From Octopus vulgaris (taxonomy: Eukaryota): 64,000 nt of DNA. The notes under the pieces are model-generated. The model made no database searches, was not told the DNA's origin, and was given only the letters and a program-made list of their open reading frames with translations. Below, piece after piece: positions 40,241 to 53,962 of the stretch (its first letter is position 1; every line of letters starts with the position of its first letter). Location of the stretch: assembly GCA_951406725.2 (NCBI GenBank), contig OX597830.1, forward strand, positions 64,976,001 to 65,040,000. The letters run 5' to 3'. A program made the position numbers and the translations under genes.

Positions 40241-40600
40241 GAGGATGTAGCGGATTCGCGGTCATAGGATCACGGTTTCGATTCCCAGACCGGGCGTTGT
40301 GAGCGCGTATTGAGCAAAAACACCTAAAAGCCCCACGAGGCTCCGGTAGAGGGTGGTGACGAACCCTGCTGTATTTTTCACCACAACTTTCTTTCACACT
40401 TTCTTCCTGTTTCTGTTGTACCCGTATTTCAAAGGGCCAGCCTTATCACATTCCGTAATCAGGCTGAATCTCCCCGAGAACTACGTTAATGGTACACGTG
40501 TCTGTGGATTGCTCAGCCACTTGCTCGTTAATTTCAAGAGCAGCCTCTTCCCTTGATCGTATCAACTGAGACTCGCGTCGTCGTAACCGACGGAGTGCCA
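40240..40600 (+). mobile_element. SINE family C (5' degenerate)
   Basis: gtttcgattcccagaccgggcg...cgtcgtaaccgacggagtgcc. Confidence 0.85.
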
Positions 40601-40607
40601 CGACGTT

Positions 40608-40680
<73 letters not shown>

Positions 40681-40920
40681 GAGGGGTTTCTACTTTTAGA
40701 TATTTGCGTATATTTATACGCACACAAGTATTCATATATTAAGAAATACATGCAAATACGTACATACGAGCATATATTCTATCAAGGGCTTCTATGTCCC
40801 TTTATTAGACTATTTTCCCAAGTGATTGCACGGCTATCGGCATAAGGTTTAAGCTTATATAAATAGCATTATTATTATTTACAGGATTGTAAAACACGGC
40901 ACCGTATAACAAAACCATTC

Positions 40921-40965
<45 letters not shown>

Positions 40966-40968
<3 letters not shown>

Positions 40969-41076
40969 AAGGGGTGTATGAAAATTCTTGAGCCTCAAAA
41001 AAACAAAAAATGGTACAAGACTTCTGATGAAGTTACAAGACTTGAAGGCTGAAAAACTTTTCATTCACCCTTCGTC
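40966..41076. mobile_element. Small mariner-like MITE
   Basis: tacaaggggtgtatgaaaattcttgagcc versus reverse-complement gacgaagggtgaatgaaaagtttttcagcc; mariner-like TIR start. Confidence 0.6.
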
Positions 41077-41086
41077 TGTGTGTGTC

Positions 41087-41157
<71 letters not shown>

Positions 41158-41313
41158 GTGTGCGTGTGTGCATGTATAATGTAAATACTGGAGTTGATTC
41201 CTTCCACTAAACCCGTCAATGCAGAACCCTATGTGCAGTCTAATGACTAAAAAATAAGAAAACATAAAATATATCTATATATTTATATATGAACATGTAC
41301 ATTCGTATATAAA

Positions 41314-41353
<40 letters not shown>

Positions 41354-42089
41354 TCGGTCATTCACGCTTTCTCTCTTACTCACTCACACCTTCTCACTCA
41401 CTCACTCACTCAGTCACTAAATCTCTCTCTCTCTCTCTCGGTTTCTCTTTATATTTTTTATCTGTTATCGTTTACTTGTTTCAGTTATTAGACTGCGGCC
41501 ATGCTGGGACATCGATGACGATGATGATGATGATGATGATGATGACGATGATGAAAATGATGGTAACGATAATTTCTCTAAACCCTGCGAAGCACTTTAC
41601 GTGACACCACTTCCCTGATGTTTAATTAAATATCTAACACCAAGACATCAGTGGTTCAGTAGAGAAGTCTACAATAAATGAGGTCCCAGCCAAGACCAAC
41701 TCACTTTTTATTCAAATAACGTTTCTAATAACTATGTATATTAACGAACGCATCAAACATCCGTTTGAAGACAGCCGAGTACGGCATGTGAGAAATTCAT
41801 CTGCTATATCTAGTTGATCGAGTGCCCTCATTCTGTTTTTTTTTATGGCTCCATGGTACCCTGTTCTTTCATTTGTTTCTATGTTCTGCAAGTAACACAT
41901 ACAGAGAATTAAATAAAGTTCAGGTTTGAACTCACGAATAGAGAAGCGAAACTTAATATAGTAAATTAATTGGTTTGGTGCTCTCCAGATTCAATTCTCT
42001 TCACTGGCTGACAGCCGTGTGTTGTTTTGATATCCTTCGCAAGAACATGCCTGCTTCTTGATTAATTAATTAAAAATGAATTATAATGA

Positions 42090-42633
42090 TAATAAAAATA
42101 CATAGAACTTGAAATTCAAGATGAGGGTTATGTGGGTGAAACAATACGAATTGTAATTGAAGCATTAAGAATGATTTTAAAAGAATATGAAACGAAACAT
42201 AGAAGCTTATGTGAAAATAGTGCTACTAGAAACAGCCCACATCTTGCACAAGATACTATAACTTCAACGGAATAGCCCCAGTTCAAGAGAATATCTTAAA
42301 TAGAACAATCTTCACATACATTACACAACATATGAAATAGCATCTAATTGGTTTGTTTTTTTTTTCCTAAATATACAAACTTTCGAGAGAAAGTGGAATA
42401 GGAAATGGTGCCAACTGTGATTGGAGCCCTAGGGTCGATGAACAAAAAAAGCTTCGGAAACACTTTGACACAACAAAAATGAAAACTGTCCCAGCATTAC
42501 GACATTGCAAAAGACAATACTTTCGGGTACAGCAAACATCCTGCGGAAAGTACCGACTATCTGAAATTACACAACTTGATAGGGTGTCAGTTAAATGACC
42601 CCCGTGTTAAGACGAACATCACTGTGCAGATGA

Positions 42634-42635
<2 letters not shown>
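42090..42635 (+). pseudogene. Two old RLE-LINE (R4-like) C-terminal fragments
   Basis: KYIELEIQ..IVIEALRMI..KIVLLETAHILHKIL and VIGALG..LQKTILSGTANILRKV; ends at (AAT)n. Confidence 0.65.
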
Positions 42636-42692
<57 letters not shown>

Positions 42693-42695
<3 letters not shown>

Positions 42696-42952
42696 TTGCA
42701 GCGTGGAAGGTGTTTATAAGCCATTTAAAACACGCACAAAAAAACTTCGTGCAGCACGAAGCTTTGTCAGTGAACAGGTCACGATTTTAAAGCGGCGAAG
42801 ATCTTTTGACACAAATTAAATTTAAATGTCGAAGAGAATATAAAGATTTTTAAAGTTTTTAAATGGCTTATAAACACCTTCCACGCTGCAATTGCTTTTG
42901 TCTCAGCACACAATATCAGATCAAGTCACTTGCTATGCAAGTACTTCTCCGT
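42693..42952 (+). mobile_element. Fold-back element with tail in (AAT)n (probable PLE terminus)
   Basis: 38-bp IR at 42693-42730 / 42857-42894, then a ~58-nt tail; hammerhead-like motif in the spacer. Confidence 0.7.
42765..42811 (+). ncRNA. Hammerhead-like motif, G3-C8 variant (degenerate)
   Basis: TGTCA GTGAACA G GTCAC-GATTTTAAA-GCGGC GAA GATCTTT TGACA; 5-bp stem I, AAGATCTT palindrome; position 15.1 non-canonical. Confidence 0.45.
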
Positions 42953-43169
42953 AATAATAATAATTTCATTTATTTGCCACGGGGTGAAGGATGAGGGGGA
43001 ACAATACAAAGACAGGCATAAGGTGTGTGTGTGTGGGGGGGTTACATATAATGAAATGATAAAAAAAGGAAAGAAAGAAAGAAATTAAGTATACACCGTA
43101 TACATTGAAAAAGAAAAGACATATACATAGCATACAAAGGTTTTTAAAAAAAGTGGCAGGGAGAATGAT

Positions 43170-43540
43170 AGAAATGTGACCCTCCTGATAAAGGAAAGCC
43201 TCTAAGGATAATCGAGGAATCCCACTGTCCGAGATTTCCTGAAGCCTCAGGAGCAAGTGCCCTCTCCAATTCTTTCTCCCCGACTCACAGAGGTACCACC
43301 CACTTTTGCCATTTTCGCAGCTTCCAATAAACTCACTCGAGGACAGCACTTCCCTCTCCACTCCCATTTTCCTTTTCAAATGGAACTACAAGAAGTCAAT
43401 GAGAGCTCCACCAAAGAGGAATGTATGTGTCCTCATGTCTTTCAGCCTTGTCCATCAAATCCCTTCTTTCGCCAGAGACCCCAGGCAGAGGAAAAGTGCC
43501 TCGCCTGCCCGATTAAAGGACGGTGATAGTGCGATCATCA
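43170..43540 (-). mobile_element. Probable decayed LINE (L1/Tx1-like) 3' fragment
   Basis: GC-richer, coding-like minus strand (HLKRKMGVEREVLSS) followed by a T-rich tail; no diagnostic motif. Confidence 0.35.
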
Positions 43541-43542
43541 CT

Positions 43543-43758
43543 ACTCCTTTCTGCTAAAGGCACAAGGTCTGAAATTATGAGGGGGGTGCTAGTCGATTAC
43601 ATCAACTCCAGCGTTACACTGGTACTTAATTTATCGACCTCGAAAGAGTGAACGGCAAAGTCATCCTCGGTGGGATTTGAAATCACAACGTAGCAAAGTG
43701 CGGATCACTGCTAAGTATTTCGTCCAGTCTGCTAACGATACTGCCAGCTCGCCGCCTC
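43543..43758 (-). mobile_element. SINE family B (degenerate)
   Basis: gctaacgatactgccagctcgccgcc head; cctttctgctaaaggcacaagg tail. Confidence 0.8.
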
Positions 43759-43765
43759 AATATTA

Positions 43766-43809
<44 letters not shown>

Positions 43810-44362
43810 GAGTGAGCGAGCAGAGCATGCCATCAAAGTGACACTGGGGTAAAATATACGAAGCCCAGTATACCCATCATGACTACCCGTCTGATAAGGG
43901 TACACCAGGCACATGCATCACAACCATATGTGCGCGACATGGTGATCTCATATCAAGATAAACAGCACATGACCTTGCAGGTGGAGCCCAGTTAGAATTT
44001 TCTTCAGATCGAGTAACCCATCCCGCTCAAAAGGTCCCTGAATAAGGGTTGTTTAAGGACGTTGAACGAAACACCCATGTTTCCAGAGGTGAATTATTCA
44101 AACCCCAAAGAATCCTTCTCAACACATGGCTATGATGCTCCCCCACTACTTCTGCTCGTGATCAGAGATGCACATAGAGTCAGCCACTAAGGGACATGCT
44201 CAACTGGTTAAGGTCAAACAACTGACAAGCAAATCTGTGGTATTGAGCAGAATATTTGCTGTAGCCCATCTTTTATACCAAGACAAAACAATGTACATGA
44301 TAACACTTCCAATCAGTTAAGATCAGAAGCCATGAGAGCCACTGCCTGGTACTGCATCAGGG

Positions 44363-44367
<5 letters not shown>
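43810..44367 (-). mobile_element. Family D element, full length
   Basis: Reverse-complement match to 19907-20456; within (ATT)n. Confidence 0.88.
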
Positions 44368-44429
<62 letters not shown>

Positions 44430-44455
44430 CATTATTATCATTATTATCATTATTA

Positions 44456-44540
<85 letters not shown>

Positions 44541-44962
44541 ATTACTGAGAAACGACACATCAGTGTATCAGTTACAGTTTTGTATATGAAATCTGATACT
44601 AGTCTGAAATGACTATGTAACTGTGAATGGCAGCTTACAAATAGGCGTTTTAATTGAAAATAAGGAGGTAACAACACATTGACTATGTTTATGAGTGTGT
44701 GTATGTGATTTTATGTTTGCATGTGTGTGTATGTGCGTGTGTATTGCATAATACATTGTAATATATAATACATATACGATATACGCATACATCCACGTAG
44801 AGATAAGTACACGTTTATTTACATGTGCGAATGCCTTTGCATATTTCCATGTATCCATATATACATACACACATACACACACACACACACACACATTATA
44901 TGTGAGTGTGTGTACGTATGTATGTATTTACACATATGTATATGATTTGAATTGACTATATG

Positions 44963-44993
<31 letters not shown>

Positions 44994-45303
44994 ATAAATA
45001 TATAACTGAATAATACAAAGTCAACAAGATGTAAGGTTGGACAGTTATTTTCTAAATCCTAACACAAGCTTCCATACAACATAGTTCTTCATATATGCAG
45101 TTATTTGATTTATGAAACGGTTTACCTGTATATTGGGATCCTGGTGTATTTGTTCAGGTGATATTCAATTGCTGTCGCCGTCAGTTAAAAAAAAACCTTC
45201 GACTTCGAATCGATGCTAATACATCCATCTGCCTCGTTTGGGTGTAGCAGACGGTGGGTGTTTCATTCTGCTTGCTGTTAACGTGCTTCTGTGTGGTGCC
45301 AGC

Positions 45304-45374
<71 letters not shown>

Positions 45375-46440
45375 ACAGGGGTTGGACAAAGAAATTTATT
45401 TTAATATGGGGTAAGACCGCCTTTGGCAGTAATTACAACTTGAATTCTACGAGCTATGGACTCGTACAAAGTTTGAATTGTTTCCAAAGGAATTTTTGTC
45501 CATTCTTCAGCTAAAACAGTATGTAGTTCTTGTAGTGATGATGGTGGATGATATCGACACCTTACTTGTTTTTCTAAAATGCACCATAAATGTTCGATGA
45601 TATTGAGATCTGGGAACTATAGTGGCCAGATGAGAATGTTTCTCGTGCCATTCAGTAACAACGTTAGCGGTGTGAATTGGTGCATTATCATTCTAAAAGA
45701 ATGCGTTTCCCACCAGAAACAGTTCCGCAACCATAGGATGAGTTTGATCCCATAAAATGCTTAGTCTTCCATGAAGGGAGACCATTAGGCCGGCAGATTT
45801 CCACCATATAGCCCCGCACTCCCGATCATCACAGGTCCTCTTCCATGTTTAACAGTTGGAAGAAGGCAGTCCGGGTCAAATGCTTCTTTTGGCTGTCTCC
45901 ATACGTATACTCGGCCGGTGGTCAGAAATATGGTAATGGATGACTCGTCCGAGAAAATAACATTCTTCCACTGCTCTAGGGACCAATTCTATAGGTTTTT
46001 ACTCCACTCTAAACGCTTTTCAACGTTTGTTTTTGAAAGTAGTGGTTTTCTGATTGCAGCTCTCCTGTGAAAACCGGCTTTGTGCAGCTCCTGGTAAATA
46101 ATTTTTGTGGAAACTGGGTTCTCGGGGTAGGCATTAAGCTCTGCAGTAATATTGGGAGCTGAACGTTTGTGATCCTTTCTAACAATTTGTGTAAGAGTGG
46201 GACGGTCCCTATCTGAAAGTTTTGGTTTTCTTCTGGAGTTTTGTTTCGACGAGGAGACTTTTCCCTCTTTCTCAAAGGTTGTAATTACTTTCGAGACAGT
46301 ACTTCTTGATACACTAAACATTTCGTCTGTTTTCGTTATGCTAGCGCCTGCCATACGAGTACCAATAATTTGATCTCTTTGAAAGTCTGAGAGATCTGTC
46401 ATTTTAATGAATTTTAGTTACCCTCTGATGCGGTTATCTA
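45375..46440 (-). mobile_element. Tc1-like (DD34E) transposon remnant
   Basis: HTH ORF 45989-46402, followed in decayed frames by WKNVIFSDES, LLPTVKHG, NAPIHTA and PDLNIIEHLW; TA-CAGGGGTTGGACAAA terminus at ~45374. Confidence 0.88.
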
Positions 46441-47183
46441 AAGGAAACATCAAATTTAACAAAATTTCACAGTTCTTTGACGTCTAATCAGAAGACAAAG
46501 ATTCCCTTCATTCTTCTTCCCACGAAGAAAACTTGCAGAAAATATCTTTTTAAATGAGACTAAAACCAGAACTGAACCTCTCCAGGACGGGTAATCCTCC
46601 GGCAAATATAATTTCTTATTTTGCAGATGAATTATTGTAGATATTTCAATCGAAAATATTGCATAATAATTTCCGTGTACCTACTGAATATCATAGATTA
46701 TTATCCACGTAATTAAGTTTTTTATGACGCAAATGATGCCCGTACGATTAACAATATCATCCAGATGCTCATCAACACGAAACTTTCAAGAAAATATTCA
46801 GTCTTCTTGCATTTGGTTTAACTCAAACGAAACGAAACAAACGTCTACGAGACCATAACGTTACTGTATTCTAAGCGAAAACTCCTTTTACTGCTGTCAT
46901 CTCTGGCCACCCGTTACTGAGCTTTTGGTGTATCCATGTCAGGTCGTACCTTCTTGACCCTGTATAGACTTCTGTTGGATAATATAGGCACACGCACACA
47001 CACAAATACAGCGAATGTGTTGCAGCAGCTATAGTTTGTTGAATTGAATACCATACTCGTATAGTAAATATTTCCTGCAGACCAACGATAGAATAAAAGA
47101 AAATGTCCAAGTTAAGTGGCTCGATTTGAACTCTGTAAAGGCGTTACTGACTGTGGTCCTTTTCAGACTTCACAATAAATATC

Positions 47184-47567
47184 GGGGAAGCACTCCGTCG
47201 GTTACGACAACGAGTGTTCCGGTTGATCCGAATCAATGGAACAGCCTTCTTGTGAAATTAACGTGTAAGTGGCTGAGCACTCCACAGACACGTGTATTCT
47301 TAACGTAGTTATCGGGGATATTCAGCGTGACACAGAGAGTGACAAGGCCGGCCCCTTGAAATACAGGTACAACAGAAACAGGAAGTAAGAGTGAGAGAAA
47401 GTTGTGGTGAAAGAGGACAGCAGGGATCACCACCATCCCTGCCGGGGCCTCGTGGAGCTTTAGGTGTTTTCGCTCAATAAACACTCACAACGCCCGGTCT
47501 GGGAATCGAAACCGCGATCCTATGACCGCGAGTCCGCTGCCCTAACCACTGGGCCATTGCGCCTCCA
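47184..47567 (-). mobile_element. SINE family C, full length with 13-bp TSD
   Basis: CACAATAAATATC at 47171-47183 and 47568-47580. Confidence 0.95.
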
Positions 47568-48805
47568 CACAATAAATATCACAGTGAATTGTATTAGGTG
47601 TTTAGTAATAGTAACAGTTTCAAAGTTTGGCGCAAGGCCTGAATTTAGGGAGTTTAGTTGCATGATTATTTTCTTTTTTATGATATAAGCTTGCATGTTT
47701 TCGAAAAACTAGGAATGGTATTTAAGCAAAGTCCCAACATTATAAATCTTTGAGAGGACTGATAAAGTTCGTTGATTAGTTATCGTTAGTTGGATTCATG
47801 CAGCATTTTGCAAGAGGCATATCAATTCTATAAATGTTCCCTCGGCGCAACATAGCAAGCGAGTTTGCATATATTTTACTATACAAAATCTCAGACTGAG
47901 AGATACTGAAATGTAATAATTGATCAATATAGCACAAACCCGTTTCATTTAGATTCTGTAATATTCATAGAGAAAACGTTACCGAATATTTTCTAAGACG
48001 CTGCTCTTAATTGCCTCCTCTTCTTTTTTTATTGTCGCTGAATTCCGCCACCAGCAATGCATACATATCTGCCTCCCGGAATCTAATTGCACAAACTTTC
48101 ATATGTATGTGTACTTGCATATGTGCATGCATTTATGAACTCCACCTATATTTATTCACACATACACAATTACGCAGTCACACATCTACTTCATGTTTCT
48201 CACACGGACGTGATACCTGTGAATATTGAAAGGAAGCAGACATATTGCCGCCTTTAGTACAGTTAATACTTGTCTAGGTCAACGATAAAATGCTGGAAGC
48301 CATCATGAACTCAATATTGACATCAAATTAACAGAGACGGGGTGCAGGAGTAAGAAATTTCAATATTGTCGGGATTGCAGTATTTCAGAGTTTGAAAACT
48401 GCTGGGTTGCATACTGTATTGTACACATACACACAAATTATATCTATCACTCTCTTTCTATTCCCCCTCTTTCTATCTATCTATCTAGCTAGCTAGCTAG
48501 CTAGCTATCTACCAAAAAATCTCTCAACCTATTTCTCTCTTTCTCTCACCGTCTTACTCTTTCTCACACACCTACACACATACACACTCTCTCACCATGA
48601 ATACTTTCTATTTGTCTTCCTCTCGTAGGTACATTCACTTGTACAACATCTTATGCAGGCACGCCATGCTGTCTCACACACATAAAAGCATTTCCACTCA
48701 TAAAGAGGCATGTGCGCTTGTTGGCACAAACTTGTGTACGTGTGTCGGTATGTACATATTTGTGTGTGTATATAGATAGTGTATATAGATATCTGCCTAC
48801 ATACA

Positions 48806-48914
<109 letters not shown>

Positions 48915-48958
48915 GAATAAATAAATGGAGTTTAACGCAGGTGTAATCAAATATTATT

Positions 48959-49044
48959 ACTTTCGACACATGTTTCGAAAATTCCACTGATACTATTCAA
49001 AAGAATAAATGGCATAAACAATGCAATCTTCTCCTCAGGAAAGT
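48959..49044 (-). ncRNA. Type I hammerhead ribozyme, canonical core
   Basis: Minus strand ACTTTC CTGAGGA GAAGATT...AATTTTC GAAAC ATGT GTC GAAAGT: perfect 6-bp stem I and GUC site; in a short unique island between (TA)n tracts. Confidence 0.85.
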
Positions 49045-49087
49045 GAAAAAAACGAAACTCGACAAAAAGACATTTTAGCAAAAAATA

Positions 49088-49151
<64 letters not shown>

Positions 49152-49155
49152 CATA

Positions 49156-49530
49156 TGGGCATCCGTCGGTTTCGAGAGATGATAAATCTCCACCCGAAGA
49201 AATTGTGTCACCTGTTGGTGGTGGTGCGGCGTCAGCTGTAAGTGTAGAGGCCCACTCGGGTGTGGTAGTAACGCATGCAACGATTGCATTTGAAGTGAAG
49301 CAGGTCTTCATCGCCACTACTGGTTTTTCCGTTCGTCAGGTGCGCTTTTCTTTGGTGGCAAGTTACTGTTTCTCTTCCGCTCGCATCATCTACTCCCGTA
49401 CTATTTGTCTGCAGCGTCGCCTATCGTTTGCGAGCCCCCCCCCCCCATCTCAAGACGTCCAGATCTATTGATTCATAGATCTCTTGCGGACATCCTTGGA
49501 GCGAAGATAAGGTCGACCGCGGGCTGATGC
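49156..49530 (-). mobile_element. RTE (BovB-like) LINE 3' end
   Basis: RGRPYLRSKDVRKRSM..LANDRRR..FKCNRCMRYYHTRVGLYTYS (RTE C-terminal CxxC motif), then a short 3' UTR ending tcgaaaccgacggatgcc. Confidence 0.8.
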
Positions 49531-49553
49531 ATTAGCATATGTGTATGTGCGTG

Positions 49554-49662
<109 letters not shown>

Positions 49663-49733
49663 CGTCACTATTACATTTTTCTTTCATAATAATTTTTTCC
49701 TTTATTCGCCTAGCTGTTTATATTAATATACCT

Positions 49734-49804
<71 letters not shown>

Positions 49805-49824
49805 TAACTATGTATATGTACGTG

Positions 49825-49894
<70 letters not shown>

Positions 49895-50579
49895 ACGCAT
49901 AAAAGTCATGACATCGCATGTCGAGTAAGGTCACAACTGGTAAAAAGAGCTTGGCGCTGTGCCTAGCAACATACTTCCTAATTGCATATATATATGTATA
50001 TATACTTATATCCATGTATGTATATATGAATAGACATATGCATACATACATATATACATACACATATATATATATATATATATATGTATATAGACATATT
50101 ATATATATATAAGCATGTAAGTGGTTCATGTATGTACGTATATGTCTGCATGAGAAATATATGAATGCATTTACATATGCATAAATATATACGTACATAC
50201 ATATATATATGTATGTATATATGCATGTATAAAGGCATGTATGTATGTGTATTTCTCAATGTACGAGCCTATGTCTAATAGCAAAATGTGTATGTATATA
50301 GGCAAGCTTAACCATTTATAAATAGGCAGCCCAGTAGAAAATGAGCTGGGTATAATAGAAAACGACTCCCCTCTTCCTTGCTAAATATCGATCTTGGACT
50401 GTTCGATTCTCTCTAGTAGAGACAATGTTTTCTTAATGACATCCGGTCTATTGTCATGTAATGGACATCAACTCCCACTAACTGCATACCACCTGGAGCG
50501 TATGTACACATATATGAGTATGCTTATGAGTATATATGCATATATAAATATATAGGTGTGTGAATGTGTATGTATATAC

Positions 50580-50637
<58 letters not shown>

Positions 50638-50726
50638 CTTGACTTCCATTCACACACACACACACACACATACTTATATGCATATATAAATCTCTGAAGT
50701 CTCTCTCTATATACATACACATTAGT

Positions 50727-50798
50727 ATATATATAGCTCAGCGGTAGAGTATTCGACTGCAGATCGAGAGGTCCCCGGTTCGAACCCGGGTGATCCAT
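50727..50798 (+). pseudogene. tRNA-Cys(GCA) pseudogene lacking the 5' acceptor strand
   Basis: TAGCTCAGCGGTAGAGT (D arm/A box), TTCGA-CTGCAGA-TCGAG (anticodon GCA), CCCGG-TTCGAAC-CCGGG (T arm/B box). The 3' acceptor TGATCCA cannot pair with the 5' ATATATA. Confidence 0.85.
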
Positions 50799-50809
50799 TC
50801 AGATTTCAT

Positions 50810-51187
50810 AGGCGCAGGAGTGGCTGTGCGGTAAGTAGCTTGCTTACCAACCACATGGTTCCGAGTGCAGTCCCACTGAGTGGCACCTTGGCCCGACCAA
50901 AGCCTTGTGAGGGGATTTGGTTGACGGAAACTGACAGAAGCCCGTCGTATATATATGTATGTGTGTGTGTGTGTGTTCCCCCCCCCCAACATTGCTTGAC
51001 AACCGATGCTGGGATGCGGCCGTGTTTATGTCCCCGTAACTAGCGGTTCGGCAAAAGAGGCCGGTAGAATAAGTACTAGGCTTACAAAGAATAAGTCCCG
51101 GAGTCGATTTGCTCGACTAAAAGCGGTGCTCCAGCATGGCCGCAGCCAAATGACAGAAACAAGTAAACAAGTAAAAGAGTAAAAGAT
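50810..51187 (+). mobile_element. SINE family A
   Basis: ggcgcaggagtggctgtgcggtaagtagc...aaacaagtaaaagagtaaaaga. Confidence 0.9.
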
Positions 51188-51870
51188 TATATAAAACTAA
51201 ACACAAGGGAGTAATGCCGAAAGCTGTCCTGTTGCGTCTTCAAACAGTATAATCTCTTTGCCCCCCCCCTCTACACATACACACACACACATGCGCACAT
51301 ATAACCAGACATTAATAACTGCGCATATGCACATATCTATGTACATACGTACATACGTGTGAGTGTGCGTATTCACAAGTGAGAATGCGCGTGCGTGAGC
51401 GAATATATGTGCGCGCGCGTGTGTGTATGTCTGTGTGTGTTATCGTCTGTGTCCATAGCTAGGCACTCATACTGTATGAGATGACCACCGACGGGACAGG
51501 ACGGTGTTTGTTTCCAAGGACACAGCTAATTGTTGGCTGCCTCTAAACAGCAATGGCTTCCATTTCCTTTCCGTTCTGCGTAAGTTGGAGTTTGTTTTGA
51601 TATAATGGCGGCGGCGGCGGTGAATCAACAAGATAAACAACAGCAGTTGGTGGCGCTGTTGCTAGTGAGAAGAGCAGACATAGAAGAAGAAGAAGAATGA
51701 AAAAAGGAGAAGAAGAAGTAGTTTTAAGTATAGCAAAAATAGGAAGAAGAAAAATAAGTTTTACATTTTGAAGATTATCAATAATGAGACGAACAATATT
51801 CAGCAAGATTTAGTCATCGAAGACAACAAAACAGAACAGAGAGCCTTGAAAACAATACGTGTGTATGTGG

Positions 51871-51902
<32 letters not shown>

Positions 51903-51924
51903 GTGCGTGTGTGTGAGTGTATGA

Positions 51925-51964
<40 letters not shown>

Positions 51965-51999
51965 GTATATATGTGTATATATATATATATATGTATGTA

Positions 52000-52045
<46 letters not shown>

Positions 52046-52117
52046 CATATACATATAGATGTAGGTATGTACATATATGTATGTATGTATGCATATGTTT
52101 TATTTATTAAATTGTTA

Positions 52118-52158
<41 letters not shown>

Positions 52159-52472
52159 TGCATGTGTATATATGTAAGCATGTATGTATACACACATGTT
52201 ATGTCTGTATGTATAAAGAGAGAAACACAAACGAAGACAAAGATACGGAGATAGGAAGAGAGAGATGGAGAGAGTGCCTGTGTGTATCTTTTCAGTGTAT
52301 ACCACGTGACATTAATTGGACACGTGATACAATTACGATGGCTTCATATATTCACGCAGACAGGCAAGCAGAGCATCACTGAATATGCCGCTTTGTTGAT
52401 GATTTCAGAAACGTCAACGACGACGACGACGGCGACTACGACGATGGCGACGACGACGACAACGATGATGAC

Positions 52473-52503
<31 letters not shown>

Positions 52504-52824
52504 TTTGGGGGAGATAGAAACCACAATTAGAACTATGATTCTAATGCTGATGTAGTGAATGTGGCGAATATTATTTCATGTTGTTTGCACTATTTTATAA
52601 ATTTTAAAAGCTTATCGTTTTATATTAAAGATTTTGCAACCATTACTATTTTATCCGTTTGATCCAGAACATACTTATCTAAATAACAAAATATAATCCA
52701 CAGATCCGTTGGTTTAGAATTATTGTATCTAGCAAGACTTTACAATCTACAGATCTAGTGTGTAATATTATGCGACAGATTGCATACCACGGATATCAGT
52801 GAGTGTCTCCAGGTCGAGCCACTT

Positions 52825-53010
52825 CTCCGTCTTAAGAGGTCACATCTCTTGGTATTACGGACATGTGATTACAACGTTGCAGGAAAGAATCGATAGATGT
52901 ATCCTTCAAGCCGAGCCAATCTAGATGTACCTAGGGGTAAATCTAGAACGAGATGGTTGGATAATATCCAGTGTCTCACTTGATCACACTTGAGAATCCA
53001 GTCAGAATGT
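52825..53010 (+). pseudogene. Old RTE-type LINE fragment
   Basis: WYYGHV...RCILQAEP...RGKSRTRWLDNI. Confidence 0.55.
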
Positions 53011-53650
53011 CTGGCAATTGTTGCTTCTGATAGGACCCTAATAGAGGAGGTACCTGAAGAGTAACCTCATGACCTTCTCAGGAATAGTAGACTAAGTTCG
53101 ATAGACGGAGCAAAACACAATCAATGGATCCTGAAATATTGTATCTAAGAACACAATGCAATCTATAGATGAAATGATCCAGAAATATAGCATCTAACAT
53201 CCAAATGGGAATCCTTCACCATTTGCTCGTATTATACAACAAATCCGCTGATCCGTTGCTCCAGATGAACAGCCATGTCTTAAATTCATAGATCTAAAGC
53301 TCCACAGAGTTAACAGAAATCCACTGGTCAGGATATGCAATTTCAGTCACGGATGCATTGCTCCAGACAGAAAACGAAACCAAGAAACTTATTCCTTTGG
53401 ATTATCTTTCTCTGAATTGCTGGAGGAAGCGCCAGAGCACTTAGAGTTGCTGAGTTTGATTCCATAACCATTTCTCTTTCACAGTCAACACCTACTTTAA
53501 AGACATAAGCAGGAGGGTAATGCATGTATATAGGTGTGTACATATATGTGCATGGGTGTTTATATATATATATATATAGACGCACATACACACATATATA
53601 TATATATGTATTTATATTTATATATATACATATATATACATATATATATG

Positions 53651-53700
<50 letters not shown>

Positions 53701-53719
53701 CATACACACACACACACAC

Positions 53720-53760
<41 letters not shown>

Positions 53761-53931
53761 ACACTTATTTTAGTGCTGTTGACACCACCGAATTGAACGG
53801 TACTGCTCAGCTATCAAAACAATAATGATAACCGTGGGGCAGCTGATGATGGAGGTATGTTGGATTGTTGGTATGGCTGTTTTTGTATATGTGGTATAGT
53901 GTTATAACATATACTTTTGATATATATAATG

Positions 53932-53962
<31 letters not shown>

